A stretch of 64,000 nucleotides of DNA from Octopus sinensis (lineage: Eukaryota), in contig NC_043000.1 of assembly GCF_006345805.1 (NCBI RefSeq), positions 113,646,001 through 113,710,000 on the forward strand, written 5' to 3'. Positions 1-12,912 of the stretch are shown in pieces. Under the pieces are notes generated by a model, which was not told the origin of the DNA, did not search any database, and saw only the letters and a list, made by a program, of their open reading frames with translations. Position 1 is the stretch's first letter, and each line of letters starts with the position of its first letter. The translations under genes were made by a program, and so were the position numbers.

Positions 1-165
1 CACGCTGAGGCATCGCCTTAAATGGTTTTAGTCGTTCACATGAATCTCAGTACTTATTTTCTCGATTGACAGTTATCGCACCGCTAAGTTACGGATCATA
101 AACACAGACTTATTCCTGAAACAGTATGAAACGTGTAGTCAAGCATAGAGACAGACAAGCAAAAA
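1..165 (-). mobile_element. Degenerate 3' part of tRNA-derived SINE family A
   Basis: Contains cagtacttatt and accgctaagttacgg, which match the reverse complement of the SINE A body at 14081-14470. Confidence 0.55.
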
Positions 166-207
166 CAATGCGTAGTAAACGCATACATTTAAATAAGCGT
201 GAATATA

Positions 208-780
208 CAAGAGTTGGCTAAAATAATGGAACCACCTTAAAATTTCAAACAAATTTATTTTAATATAGGGTAGGACAACCTTTGGCAATAAATACAGCCT
301 TAATTCTATGAGGTATGGACTCGTACAAAGTTTGAATTGTTTCCAAAGGAATTTTTTGTCCGTTCTTCAGCTAAAACAGTCTCCAGTTCTTGTAGTGGTG
401 ATGGTGAAGGATATCGACTCCTTACTTGATTTTCTAAAGTGCACCATAAATGTTCAATAATATTGAGATCTGGGGACTGTGGTGGCCAGATATGATGTTC
501 AACTTCACTAGAATGTTCCTCATGCCATTCTGTAACAACTTTAGCTGTGTAAATTGGTACATTATCACCCTGAAAGATTGCGTTTCCCTCTGGAAACAGT
601 TCCGTAACCATAGGATGAATTTGACCAGATAAAATGCTTAAATAGTCTTGACTATTAACTCTGCCATAAAGGGAAACCTTTGGGCCGGCGGATTTCCAAG
701 ATATAGCCCCCCCCCTCAGAACATCACAGCCCTTCCTCCATGTTTAACAGTTGGAAGAAGGCATTCTATCTTAAAATCTC
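208..780 (-). mobile_element. Tc1-family DNA transposon remnant (3' half of transposase plus one TIR)
   Basis: ORF 306-611 has IFQGDNVP and WPPQSPDLNIIEHLW (DD34E motifs). 720-770 reads CLLPTVKHGGRAVMF*G on the minus strand. TA at 206-207 is followed by TIR-like CAAGAGTTGGCTAAAATAATGGAACC. Confidence 0.9.
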
Positions 781-810
781 ACAACGAGAGATATTCAGCA
801 ACAGGGCTTC

Positions 811-1197
811 GTAGTAAAGATTGCTTGCCAACATAACATGGCAGTCCTGGTTTAGGACGAATGGTGCTGTAATTTAACCCCAGGAGACATCGTCTCCAGC
901 TGGCTATACGACACGATCTGTGTCCTTATATTTTCTATATATTTCGAACGGGAATTTGGCAGCACCGCCGCTAGCCGAACAATTATTCTGTGCTGATGAA
1001 GGGAAATCACCCGGAAATCGTGATACACAGATATTGTTTTGAGCTGAGTGGGGGTGCTAGATTCCCTTGTTCGAAAATATAAGGACAGAGATCGTATCGT
1101 ATAGCCAGCTGTAGACGATGGCTCCTGGGGCTAAATTACAGCAACATTCGTCCTAAACCAGGATTGCCAGGTTATGTTGGCATACAATCTTTATTAC
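811..1197. mobile_element. Fold-back element with 125-bp inverted arms and a central hammerhead
   Basis: 811-935 vs the reverse complement of 1073-1197 aligns ungapped with 11 mismatches in 125 nt; pairing continues through the centre. Confidence 0.9.
987..1031 (+). ncRNA. Type I hammerhead ribozyme candidate
   Basis: Stem I tctgtg/cacaga, core CUGAUGA (993-999), extra A, stem II GGG/CCC, G-GAAA, near-palindromic stem III AUCGUGAU, cleavage triplet AUA ending at 1025. Confidence 0.7.
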
Positions 1198-1957
1198 AAT
1201 ATAGAATTTGTTTTGTCTTGGGAGAGACATTATACCAGTAATAGTAATAACACACGCACATGTTCAATTCCACAATGACTCCTCCAAGACACAACAAAAT
1301 TTGTTTCAACATATGAAATAACATCAAGAATCTTACAGTCCTAATAGAAAAATGAAATATAGAATTGATTCTTGACCAATTTCGTTTCAAATTTTGTCTG
1401 AAAATCGATAAACATGAGTCGACAACAAAATTATCGATAAAATAGAATCCTTCAACATACAGAGAATTCAAAAATTACCAGGATTCAAAATCCAATTTGA
1501 GTATATTTTTAGGTTTTATAAATCGAAGAATTTCACATAATGAAGAGCACGTGTTTCCTGTCTTTACTGCTAACTATGGATTCTTTTGGAAGAAGGAACC
1601 AAATTGGCAAATGCCGAATTATATGTTTTTTGCCATTAAACACACACACACACACACAGAGGCATTCATATACATACATAGATGATAATATATATATATA
1701 TATATATATTATAATATATATATATATATATATCTATATTATATATATATATATTATATATATATATAATATATATATACATAATATAAATATACATCAA
1801 AACACACACATACACACACACACATATATATGTACATTTGTACATGTGTGAGCATGTGTGTGCGCGCATGTTTCATATATGTAACTACATAGATAGGTAG
1901 GTATGAAGGAAGGTCGAAAGGCCTGTAGGTAGGGTGAATGTATATATATATATATTA

Positions 1958-2002
<45 letters not shown>

Positions 2003-2105
2003 TATATATATATGCATATATATGTATAATACATTACATATATACATATATATACATACATATACATATATATTTCATATATATATATGTATGTGTATTT
2101 ATGTA

Positions 2106-2153
<48 letters not shown>

Positions 2154-2297
2154 TTAACGGAGGGCTGTTAGTAGTGCTAATCCACCAATAAGGTTTATCT
2201 ACCAAAGCTGTGTTGAGCATTTATTCTCACTTTGAGATACAATCCTATCTCTCTCTCACTCTCTCTCTCTTTCTCCACATATATGTATATATATAAC

Positions 2298-2335
<38 letters not shown>

Positions 2336-2658
2336 TATATATGTTTGTGTGTGTGTGGGTGTGGTGTGTGGTGTGTGTGTGTGTGTGTGTGTTTTGTATG
2401 TTTGTTTCAAACTACAGACCTCTAAACACTTCAATCCCCTCCTTTATGATAGCCAAACCCCTACTCGTCCTCCTCCCATTCATTACTTTACCCCTCGCAA
2501 ATATATCGATATTTGCATCCCCAGCTTAGCATCGACCTCTCTACCACACTCTGCGTCACTCTACTTTATTTACACCGGTTTTACACCGAGTTTCTATAAA
2601 TTCAAAACACCGCAGTCAATGCGCCTTATCAGCATTATATACCATTATATACACGCAT

Positions 2659-2758
2659 NNNNNNNNNNNNNNNNNNNNNNNNNNNNNNNNNNNNNNNNNN
2701 NNNNNNNNNNNNNNNNNNNNNNNNNNNNNNNNNNNNNNNNNNNNNNNNNNNNNNNNNN
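2659..2758. other. Assembly gap (100 N)
   Basis: Run of exactly 100 N. Confidence 1.
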
Positions 2759-2761
2759 AGT

Positions 2762-2895
2762 TTGCGAAGTCACGTGGCTAAGTGGTTAGGGTATTCGCCT
2801 CGCGATCGTAAGATCATGAGATCCATTCCCGACAGCGCGTTGTGTTCCTCAGCAAACCCCGATATTTCACGCTGCTCCAGTTCGCTCAGCAGATA
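2762..2895 (+). mobile_element. tRNA-derived SINE family C, head and core
   Basis: cacgtggctaagtggttaggg (A-box-like) then core gttgtgttcctcagcaaa...ctgctccagttcgctcagc, matching the 24555-24801 copy. Confidence 0.75.
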
Positions 2896-3329
2896 GAAAA
2901 TGAGAAAGAAGAGATAGAGAGTAAAAGGAAACTGATTCAAGCACGAAAAAACTAAAAAAACTAAAAGAAAAACAGAAGCCCTTTTGTGACTTAAGTTATG
3001 AACACTTTGAACCAGATTAATCATAGCAGAGGAGGATGTATTTTAGACGATACTACATCTAAATCTCGGCCGATCTATAATATCCTATATCTTCAAATAT
3101 CGGCTTGAAAAAAACCAATATGCGCTGATGTTCTTTTAAAAACACTACTACGATTAGATTCAAGTAAAGGACGGGCTATGGAGGTGATCCAATATCAAAG
3201 AAATAGCTTTAATATACCGTCTTCAGCAGCACAAAGATCTATTAATATAGAGCTTAGCTGTTTCGATGTCGTTCAAAACGTACATACAACACACACACAC
3301 ACACATACATACATGCATACATACAGATA

Positions 3330-3560
3330 CTCTATCCAGATTACAAGTTCAGGTTTATACCTGTAATTATTGGGGCCTTGAGATATGTAACACACTGCAT
3401 GAATAGCAATTGAGAAAACAGGCTTCTCAAAACCGGAAAGGAGAGAGCTAATTCGAAAACTACAGATCCAATCCATCACTGGAACTGTAAATATCTGTAA
3501 AACTTTCCAGAAGTTTATCATTTAAATATATATAAATACATGTCTAGATATGCAACTATA
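3330..3560 (+). mobile_element. 3' fragment of REL-endonuclease LINE, (CATA)n-associated family
   Basis: Translates YKFRFIPVIIGALRYV...KLQIQSITGTVNICKTFQKF; homologous to 28410-28620 (minus); (CATA)n on both sides. Confidence 0.7.
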
Positions 3561-3783
3561 TGCGTGAGAACACATACATGCATACATACATACATACTAC
3601 ATACATACATACATACATACATACATGCATGCATGCATGCATACATACATACATACATGCATGCATACATACATACATACATACATACCTACAAACAAAC
3701 ATGAAGGAGCCTTGGATCTAGGTTAGAAACGGGTTCTTTCTCTATTGGGCAATAAATAAATATTGTATATAACATACATATAC

Positions 3784-3819
<36 letters not shown>

Positions 3820-3840
3820 ATATATATATATATATATATA

Positions 3841-3882
<42 letters not shown>

Positions 3883-4005
3883 GTATATGTAATAACAAAA
3901 TGTATATACTATAACGTCTAATAGCATAATATACATCTACAATACATATATATATAATATCTACATATTATATACATATATATGCATAATATCTATGTAT
4001 ATATA

Positions 4006-4055
<50 letters not shown>

Positions 4056-4249
4056 GCATATATATGTATATAGATTAGATAGATTATATAGACTTATAGA
4101 GAGAAGCTGAAGGTTGAGAAGACAAGATATTCGAAGAATTAAAGATACAGAGAAACAGATTAAGAGCTGCAAAGTTTAAGGTTTGAACAGTATTCTAAGG
4201 ACAGTGGAATAGTGTAAAGTGCGCGCGCACGCGAAGGAAAGAAAGAAAG

Positions 4250-4313
<64 letters not shown>

Positions 4314-4627
4314 GAGAAGGTAGGGAGAGCGAGAGAGGGAGGAAAGTAAGAGAAGTTTGAGGAATAGGCTTTTCAATGGATAGGGAGTGAATGGATAGGG
4401 AAACAGAAAGTGCATCGTTGCAAAACTGCTGCCGCGTGCTCTGTGGAATGTTGCGCGCGCACACACACAGACACACATGCCTATATGCACACACACACAT
4501 ACCCCCCCCGCTCACACACAGACGCACAAACACACAGACAAATAGACACTGACATACACACGCACATACATACATAGTTATATATGCGCACATATATGTA
4601 TGCATAAGTTTGTATGCATGATTATGT

Positions 4628-4672
<45 letters not shown>

Positions 4673-5148
4673 CTAGTGTAGAATGTGTCTATATGTATAT
4701 GTGCCTGCATGTATTATATATATACTTGTATATCTATGAATGCATATATATATATATATACACACACACATATATATGTATAAATAAATATATATATATA
4801 AATATATATAGATATGTATAAATACATATACATATATATATATGCATGTTTATATATATATGTATGTATATACAGGTGTACCTTTGTACGTATATGTGTA
4901 TATATACATATGTATATATTTTCGTATCTCTATATACATTCTATGAATGTATATATGCAAATATACATATTTATACATACACCCACGCCCACATAAACAC
5001 ACCCACGCTTGCGCGCACGCGCGCAAAAATAGGGAGATAGAGAAGGGAAAAGGGTCAATTAAATAGAGGGGGTTAAGTAAAAAGAGAATGCATGTAAGAT
5101 GAAGGGGAGTTATACAGGGAGTAACGGAGTGAATGGAATGTAAGGGAT

Positions 5149-5180
<32 letters not shown>

Positions 5181-5726
5181 TAGTGGGAGGAAGACAGGAG
5201 AATAGATAGATAGATATAGAGAGAAGGGTAAGGAGAAGCGTGCGCTAGAGAGATGACAGAAGACTTCGGGAACGGTGAAGAAATAGGAGAGTAAGGAGGG
5301 CTTCCCAAATTTTCAGCTAAACGATTGCAGAATCCCCTTTAACTAAATGAAAGAAAGAATAGATGATGGAAAGCAAGTGGAACTGTAAAAACCACGAAAT
5401 GTAGGATTATGTATCAGAGTCCGTTGCACTGAAGGAGAGTACGGTCTAGGGTGGGGTGGGGTGGGAGAGAGAAACGGGTGGTGGGAAGAGATGGAGGAGA
5501 GGAGATGAGAGCAGCTCTAGAAACTGGCAATTACAGTGTTATACATAGAGGAGCGCTATAGGGAGTGTGGCGGTGATTGAGGTGACGAGGGGGTGAAGGT
5601 ACTGAGAGGGGAGATGTAGTATTATGTATAAGTGTTTATATATCGCCATGTATTTTGGCTTGGATATGCGCATATATGGATATGCATGTATGTTAGTGTG
5701 TGTTTGAATACATGCATACATACAAA

Positions 5727-5784
<58 letters not shown>

Positions 5785-6309
5785 CACACACACATATATA
5801 TGCACATACATGTCTATAAATGTATGTATGTAGGTAGAGATTTATAGTGGATGTATGTTATTTAAGACAAGATATAACTCCAAGCAGGAAAAAATATCAA
5901 CGCCTTGAAGCAGGATATTTGTACGAATTAAAAAAAAAAATCGTTGATTGCTACTGTCTGTTTCACCGTGGCGAGTTCATTATGCTAATCATGATGAGCC
6001 TGTAGCAGTGGAAGAAACTGTACTTTTGTAGCAATCAACTATTATTTCCTTTAATATGTGCGTGCGTGTGAGTACATAAGCATACTGACACACGCGCGCG
6101 CACACAGGCAAACACACATACTTAACGACATGTACACATGCACATATGCGCATTTTTATCAGTGCGTATCTAATTATCTAGGTATCTTATCTATCTACAT
6201 ATATATGTGTGTATGTGTATGCATATGTATATACTTATGTGTTTATATATAGGTATATATGTGTATGTATATGTGCATATATATATATATATATATGTAT
6301 GTATATGTT

Positions 6310-6471
6310 GGTGCAGACATGGCTGTGTGGTAATAAGCTTGCTTCCCTACCACATGGTTCCAGGTTCAGTCCCACTGCGTGGCACCTTGAGCAAGTGTCT
6401 TCTACAAGAGCCTCGGGCCGACCAAAATTTGTGAGTGAATTTGGTAGATGGAAACTGAAAGAAACCCGTCG

Positions 6472-6473
<2 letters not shown>
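6310..6473 (+). mobile_element. SINE family A, head only
   Basis: ggctgtgtggtaataagc...ggttccaggttcagtccc...caccttgagcaagtgtc, same head as 14081. Confidence 0.9.
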
Positions 6474-6546
<73 letters not shown>

Positions 6547-6806
6547 GTATTTGCGGCTGAATCTGTTTTTAAAGGGTGGCTTCAAAGGTTGCATTACCTC
6601 GCGTTCGGTACACTGTGTATTTATTATGGTAGTGTTGACTTTAAGAGTCCCTAATAGCGTGAGGCAGTTATGTGTAGTAACGCCCTTAATATAAATAAAT
6701 ATATTCAAAGGGAATAATTATAAATTTTTCCCTTATGAGGTTTTCACGCTGACTACTTGATAAATTCTTATAAACATGTTATCTTATTTTATATATATAT
6801 ATATAC

Positions 6807-7650
6807 ACTAGCAGAGATACCTGGCGTTGCCCGGTTACATTCAATTGAAGAATTAGACTTTTCTGTTATATTTTCTGAATGAACTGGAATATCTATGTTT
6901 CGAATTTCATCAAAATTCCCAACTGAAATCAGCATTAACAACTGTGTGACGTGAGGGCTTAGGAGAAAGTAAAGTGTCACCTCTGGAGTTTGGAAATGAC
7001 AACTATATTGATACATAACTGGACAGAATAAATTTAAAATCTATAAATGTCTTTGAATAACCAGTCACTCATCAGGGAAGGCCTTGTAATCAATGTTATC
7101 AAATGGGGACTATGTGTGATCGAGTGATGATAAAAAGACTGAAAGGAGGTCTGCAATCAAATAACTTTACTCAACACTTTGCAACTGAATCAGTGGAGAC
7201 AAAGATGCCTCTCATTTACTTAACAATTTATGCACCACATTGCAGAAATCACAATGTAGGTGTATGTCAAAGCAAACTGTTACACTGTTGTACTGAATTA
7301 GAAATAATGCCCAACTTTTATTCTCGAGTAACCCTACAGCTTCCAAGAGCACAACTGTATTCGTTTTTGCTTAGATAAAATCACAAAATTGTGGGTGTTA
7401 AGTCCCCATGGAGGGGTCTTTCTAACTTTGTAAGAAGATGAAATTTTATAAATATTACTTCATTTGTATCTAATATCTATGGTTAAAATTTCATCAACAG
7501 CAAAAATATATGAATTGTCATAGGGGCTATGGCCCTTATGCTTAGAATATAATTTCCAAATTTCATAAAGATCCATTCAGTACTTTTGACCTAGTTTTGG
7601 ATCATAAAAGAAATGACTAAAATTTGGGAGTTAAGGCTCCCATTAGGATG
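6807..7650 (+). mobile_element. Possible non-autonomous Helitron/Helentron-like element
   Basis: Starts actagcagagatacctggcgttgcccgg; subterminal ccaaatttcataaagatccattcagtac; ends taggat before (TA)n. Resembles Lep1/DINE-type elements from memory only. Confidence 0.4.
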
Positions 7651-7651
7651 T

Positions 7652-7740
<89 letters not shown>

Positions 7741-7763
7741 GATAGATAGATAGATAGATAGAT

Positions 7764-7798
<35 letters not shown>

Positions 7799-7889
7799 TA
7801 GATATAGATATAGATACACACACACACACACACAAAGATAAATTGATAGATAGGACTGAGTGGGCAAACAAAAATATGAGACACAGCCT

Positions 7890-8090
7890 AGTGCTTTTTT
7901 ATGTTGAGAAGCCTAGTACTTATTCTATTAGTTTGTTCTTGTGAAACCAGTAAGTTTTGTGGATGTAAATAAATGAACACCAGTTGTGAAGCAGTGATGA
8001 GGGCGAAACATAGACACAAAGACACACACATACACTTACATATATACATATATATACGATTGATTTGTTTCAGTTCCTGTCTATGAAATC
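7890..8090 (-). mobile_element. SINE family A body interrupted by the RTE insertion
   Basis: agcctagtacttattctatt and gatttgtttcagttcc match the SINE A tail and middle in reverse. Confidence 0.7.
8026..8090 (+). repeat. Left copy of a 65-bp direct repeat flanking the RTE (putative TSD)
   Basis: 62/65 identical to 10785-10849. Confidence 0.85.
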
Positions 8091-8100
8091 CCTACATATA

Positions 8101-10790
8101 TTGTTGTTGGCATCCTTTTTGTCTCGGGAGACAATGGAGTTGCGCTTACAATAATCTAGTCCGGCTTTTACATTTCATGTCCTAATACATCTCCTGCTGT
8201 GGCTGTGTAGTCCTATCCTGGACAAACACTCCCTCTGGCAGGTGCCGCAAATGTAGCGAAGACTTTGCCTCGCTAGTTGTAATGTCATACTTTCTTGTTG
8301 ACGTCTTTTCTTGTCTTTCCATTTCTCCTCTCCCTCTATGTCACTTCTTTGTGTTCCCTCTTTTACGGTATGTCGCCAATCTCCACGGTTGCTGGCAACT
8401 GCTTCCCAGTTGGTAATATTGATGTTGCAGGCATTCATGTCCCTTTTACAAACATCCTTGTATCGTAAGAACGGTCTTCCCACAGACCTAGTACCCCTAG
8501 CAAGCTCTCCGTTGAGTATGTCCTTGGGGATTCTGCCACCTTCCATACGGTTAACATGTCATACGTCTTTGTGTGAGGAATGTAAACATGCTTGGGATTC
8601 CTGCTTGCTTGAGGACATCTTTGTTGGGGACATGATTCTGCCATTTGATGCGAAGGATTTTCCGGAGGCAGCGCAGGTGAAAGATATTTAGGCGACGTAT
8701 GGCGTCGTATGGCGTCGTATGGCGTGTGTATGGCGTCCATGTCTCACTTCCATACAGTAGAGTGCTAAGTACACATGCCTGGTAAATCTTCATTTTTGTG
8801 GTCTTGGTCAGCTTATTGTTGTCCCATGCCCGTTTGGAGAGTTGGGCCATCACAGCAGCTGCCTTGCCAATGCGTATATTGAGCTCAGCATCAAGGGATA
8901 GGTTGTAGGTGACGGTAGAGCCAAGATAGGTAAACTTCTCCACCTCCTGTATTCTGTGGTCTCCAATATGTATGTTTGGGATGGTAAGTGTAGCCTGACC
9001 CATGATGTTGGTCTTCTTGAGGCTGATAAATAAGCCAAAGTTGCCACATGCTTGCTCAAAACAGTTGATGAGCCTTTGTAGGGCTTCTTCTGTGTGTGAT
9101 ACGAGAGCGACATCATCAGCAAATAGCATCTGCTTGATCAGGTTGCTTCTGATTTTGGTCTTGGCACGCAGACACGAGAGATTGAACAGTTTCCCATCAC
9201 TTCTACTGTGCAGAAACACCCCATCATCTGATGTCACAAAGGCATGTGACAGCAGCAGCGAGCAGAAGATGCCAAATAATGTAGGAGCAAGGAGACAACC
9301 TTGCTTTACCCCATTTTTTATTTGGAAGGCGGCTGATGTTGAACCATTGTGCTGTATGGTGCCTTGCATATCATCATAGAAAGATGTGATGATCCTCAGC
9401 AGCTTTGGTGGACATCCGTTTTTTTGGAGCAGGATGAAGAGGCCTTTTCTACTTACCAAGTCAGATCAATGAAGGCCATATATAATGGCATTTTCTGCTC
9501 ACTGGACTTCTCCTGAAGTTGGCGTATGGAGAATATTATGTCAATAGTTGATCTACTTCTTCTAAAGTCACACTGCGATTCTGGATAAATTCGAGAAGCA
9601 AGCAGTTGCAGCTTGGACAGGATAATGTGAGCAGAGGCCTTTCCAACAGTGCTTAGAAGAGATATTCCACGGTAATTGTTACAATCACCACGGTCACCTT
9701 TGTTTTTGTAAAGCGTAATGTTAGCATCCCGTATATCCTGAGGAACTGTACCCTCTTCCCAGCACTGACACAGAAGCAGGATGGTGTTTTTGCCGGTTTT
9801 GATGATCTCTAAGGGGATGCCGTCTTTTCCCGGAGCCTTGTTACTTGCAAGGGAGTCAATAGCCTTGGTGGGCTCTGCTATAGATGGCAGACTGTCAAGT
9901 TCACACATGATTGGCAAGATCTTGACACCCTCGATTGCAGCCTCAGCTACCGTGGTCTCTCGTGAGTAGAGATCCTGGTAGTACTCCACCTATATATCCA
10001 TTTGCTTGCTTTGGTCCTTGATGCGATCCCCAGTAGTTGATTTCAGAGGGGCTGACTTGGTTGCGGATGGACTGAGGGCCTTCTTCAAACCGGCATACAT
10101 CCCACGGGTGTCGCCATTGTCAGCAGCTGACTGGATACTCTGACAGATTTCCTGCCAATACCATTTTGCACTGCATCTGGCAGTCAGTTGGGTTTTACTT
10201 CTTGCCTTTCTGAGTTCTTCGAGTGACTTTATAGAAGAATCACTCTTGTATTACATCAGATAACTGTTTCCAGCTCTGAGAGCCCAGCACTGAACAAAAT
10301 CTGGGTTTTGCCTTTCTATCATGCCGAAAGTATCTATTGATGTGGTATACAAAGCTTCCCTGATATAAGTCCACCTACTTTCAGCAGAGGTGGTTGGGCA
10401 GCTACTGAGGGCAACTTTGATAAAAACAGCAAAACATTGTCGCAGTGTAGGGTCGGAGGTTCTGGCAGTGTTAATGCGTGGTCAGCCCATTTTCTTGGAG
10501 TGATGGACTTTTTAGGCAGAATCCTCAACCTGCTTCTCTTCTTATTAGTGAATGATCTGTGTCACAATCCGCGCTGTGGTAACTACGAGTCAGTTGAACA
10601 GAATTCTGAAAGGTCTTCGTGTAATGATGAGATCCAGCTGATGCCAGTGGTGAGATCTTGGATGTCTCCAACATGCCTTGTGGGATGTCTTGTTGGCAAA
10701 GAATGTGTTAGTGATGCACGGGTTATGGTATGTGCAAAATTAAAGTAGTCTCTGGCCATTGTCATTCATGTTGCCAATACCAAAACACAT
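8101..10790 (-). mobile_element. RTE-clade (BovB/Expander-like) LINE, 5'-truncated and frameshifted
   Basis: AP-endonuclease remnant (FGIGNMNDNGQRLL); RT motifs YRGISLLS, GVKQGCLLAPTLF, MLFADD; C-terminal CGTCQRECLSRIGLHSH; 3' end ggatgcc(aac)n at 8101. Confidence 0.95.
8175..9989 (-). pseudogene. Reverse transcriptase ORF pieces of the RTE element
   Basis: ORFs 9453-9989, 8551-9459 and 8175-8546; the KAFD motif is lost at the 9455 frameshift. Confidence 0.9.
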
Positions 10791-10849
10791 ACACTTACAT
10801 ATATACATATATATACGATCGATTTGTTTCAGTTCCTGTCTGCGAAATC
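10785..10849 (+). repeat. Right copy of the 65-bp direct repeat flanking the RTE
   Basis: 62/65 identical to 8026-8090. Confidence 0.85.
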
Positions 10850-10865
10850 TCTCTCTCTCTCTCTC

Positions 10866-10928
<63 letters not shown>

Positions 10929-10967
10929 CACACACATATATTCATACACACACATACATACATATAT

Positions 10968-11050
10968 ATTTGGAATTTACAAAAGAAACGAACAAAAGAC
11001 GAAGACGGGTGTGTAAACAGCAAACAGGTTTATTAGTTTAACGCTCCGGA
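10968..11050 (-). mobile_element. Fragment of the Penelope-like tail repeat family (no HHR portion)
   Basis: aaaagacgaagacgggtgtgtaaacagcaaacag is the reverse complement of 62665-62700. Confidence 0.7.
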
Positions 11051-11667
11051 CTTAGGAAAATTTATATAGGGTGTACTACTAATTTTAAAATTAGATATAG
11101 AGGACACAAGAATTCATTTATTCACCCCTATATAAACAATTACAGACATTTTAGTATGTTGTAAGCATAAATATTTAGCGTCTTATAATTTTCTTAAACT
11201 TTAAAATATAATTTTTTAGAATATAAAAGTTTTTTGAAAATACGGTCCAATTAGATCATTAGATCCAATGAACACTTCTGCACAAACATGTAATCCTCAA
11301 TTATTTTTTATAGTAGAGAGTGGAATATTCCTATTGGCTATTATTTGCATGATTAACTAAAGTTAACCTTTCAATGAATTTCATTTCTTATTTAAACGTG
11401 GTAATTCTCTTGATAATCTATCACTTATTTATCGATACTCAAAAACTGAACTTTCACCAACTGAATACTCACCATGTAGTGCCTTAATGCTTTTTGCTGG
11501 ATTTCACCCCGATAAAGGAACCCTGAGGAAGGAGGGCTGAATTTCGAATACTTCGTACAACCACTTTTCTGAAACGGCTGCAAGTTAGGAAAGAAATTTT
11601 AATCGCCTCTTTCAATTTAGGTTTTTATTTTTCATGTTTATATTTATATTTCATTGTAATGTTTATA

Positions 11668-12233
11668 TTGGGTTGTCCGGAAAGTTTGTTCCGATTTTTA
11701 AAGGAAAGTAAAGGTCACTAAATACTTGCCATTACATTTTTAATCAACCAAATCTGAACCATTTCGTTGCACAATACGTCTCCATCTTTCCTTTACCTTG
11801 AAAATACCTTCTTCCCAGAATTGGGGTGGTTTCAAGGCGAAGAATTCGTCAAGGTATCTTTTTACGTCATCTAAGGAATTTAAATTTTTACCATTAACAC
11901 TCTTCTGCAGAGACCTGAATAAGTGGAAATCCGAAGGAGCAATATCTGGGGAAAAGGGAGGGTGGGGATAACACATCCCAGCCGAGCTGCAGCAAATTTT
12001 GTCTGGTTCCCAAAGCATCAAGTGCCGAAAATGAACTTTCTCATCTTTTATTTTAAAGGTTTACAGAATTAACACAGGTTATAGGAACATAAACCTTCTT
12101 CCACGAAAAGATAGCTTAAACTGTGCTCTAAATAGAGGTGTAGTCAAATCCTATTTTATGGACTCAAACATGTTCTAAAATAAGTCGAAAGATAAGCTAC
12201 TATAAATCGGCACGAACTTTCCGGGCAACCCAA
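11668..12233 (-). mobile_element. Internally deleted mariner element with both TIRs
   Basis: 30-bp TIRs with 3 mismatches (ttgggttgtccggaaagtttgttccgattt); TA at 11666-67 and 12234-35; ORF 11740-12021 has HPPFSPDIAPSDFHLFRSLQ. Confidence 0.95.
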
Positions 12234-12746
12234 TATTTCTATATTTTTATCATGAAACTCTTAACATAGATATGTGTATATTCGTATGGAATAATATCTC
12301 ATGTGCTACATCTGAATTTTCTTGTCTGAATGTTTTAAGACAAATACCCGAAATTTTTATCGTATACCACATTTTATTAATACTTAGCTCATATACGGAG
12401 ACAAAAATGTTGTACTATATACTGCAGGTTATCTCCATTAAAATTCTCGTATTATATACATTATATATATATAATATACACACTGGTGAAAATAAATTTA
12501 CTGCACTTTCGTTGCTTGCTGATGTTCGAAAAGGAAACATTTTTTTCTGTAATATACGATTTTGCTCTCGTGACTGGACTAAGGTTACGTTGTTTTCCCA
12601 TTATTAATAAATTGTATAATAACATTAAATTATAACTTTATATGGTGCATTTAGGCTCGTCGTGTGACCACCCATTTTGGCCAAAAATTTGCATACATAT
12701 TACATGGTCTTAAACTAATTTTGCCGGTAAATTTGAAACGTTTATA

Positions 12747-12912
12747 TTACGTTCTGAGTTCAAATTCCGCCGAGGTCGACTTTGCCTTTCATCCTTTCGG
12801 GGTCGATAAATTAAGTACCAGTTACGCACTGGGGTCGATGTAATCGACGTAATCCGTTTGTCTGTCCTTGTTTGTCCCCTCTATGTTTAGCCCCTTGTGG
12901 TCAGTAAAGAAA
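12747..12912 (+). mobile_element. SINE family B (5'-truncated, long-tail type)
   Basis: ttacgttctgagttcaaattccgccgaggtcgac...tttagccccttgtgg. Confidence 0.9.

Noticed and set aside
1513-1625. Possible exon FINRRISHNEEHVFPVFTANYGFFWKKEPNW after a tttttag acceptor
   Set aside because: No convincing splice donor and no recognisable protein similarity
2400-2658. Irregular C/T-rich sequence before the gap; similar noisy GA-rich stretches at 5030-5620 and 15200-15900
   Set aside because: Looks like degenerate simple repeat or low-quality contig-end sequence
5944-6038. 11-bp inverted repeat enclosing atgatgag and gaaac, superficially like a type III hammerhead
   Set aside because: The core lacks C3, and stems I-III cannot be formed
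11520-11562. ctgaggaaggag...ttcgaatac hammerhead-like string
   Set aside because: GAAU instead of GAAA and no stem I
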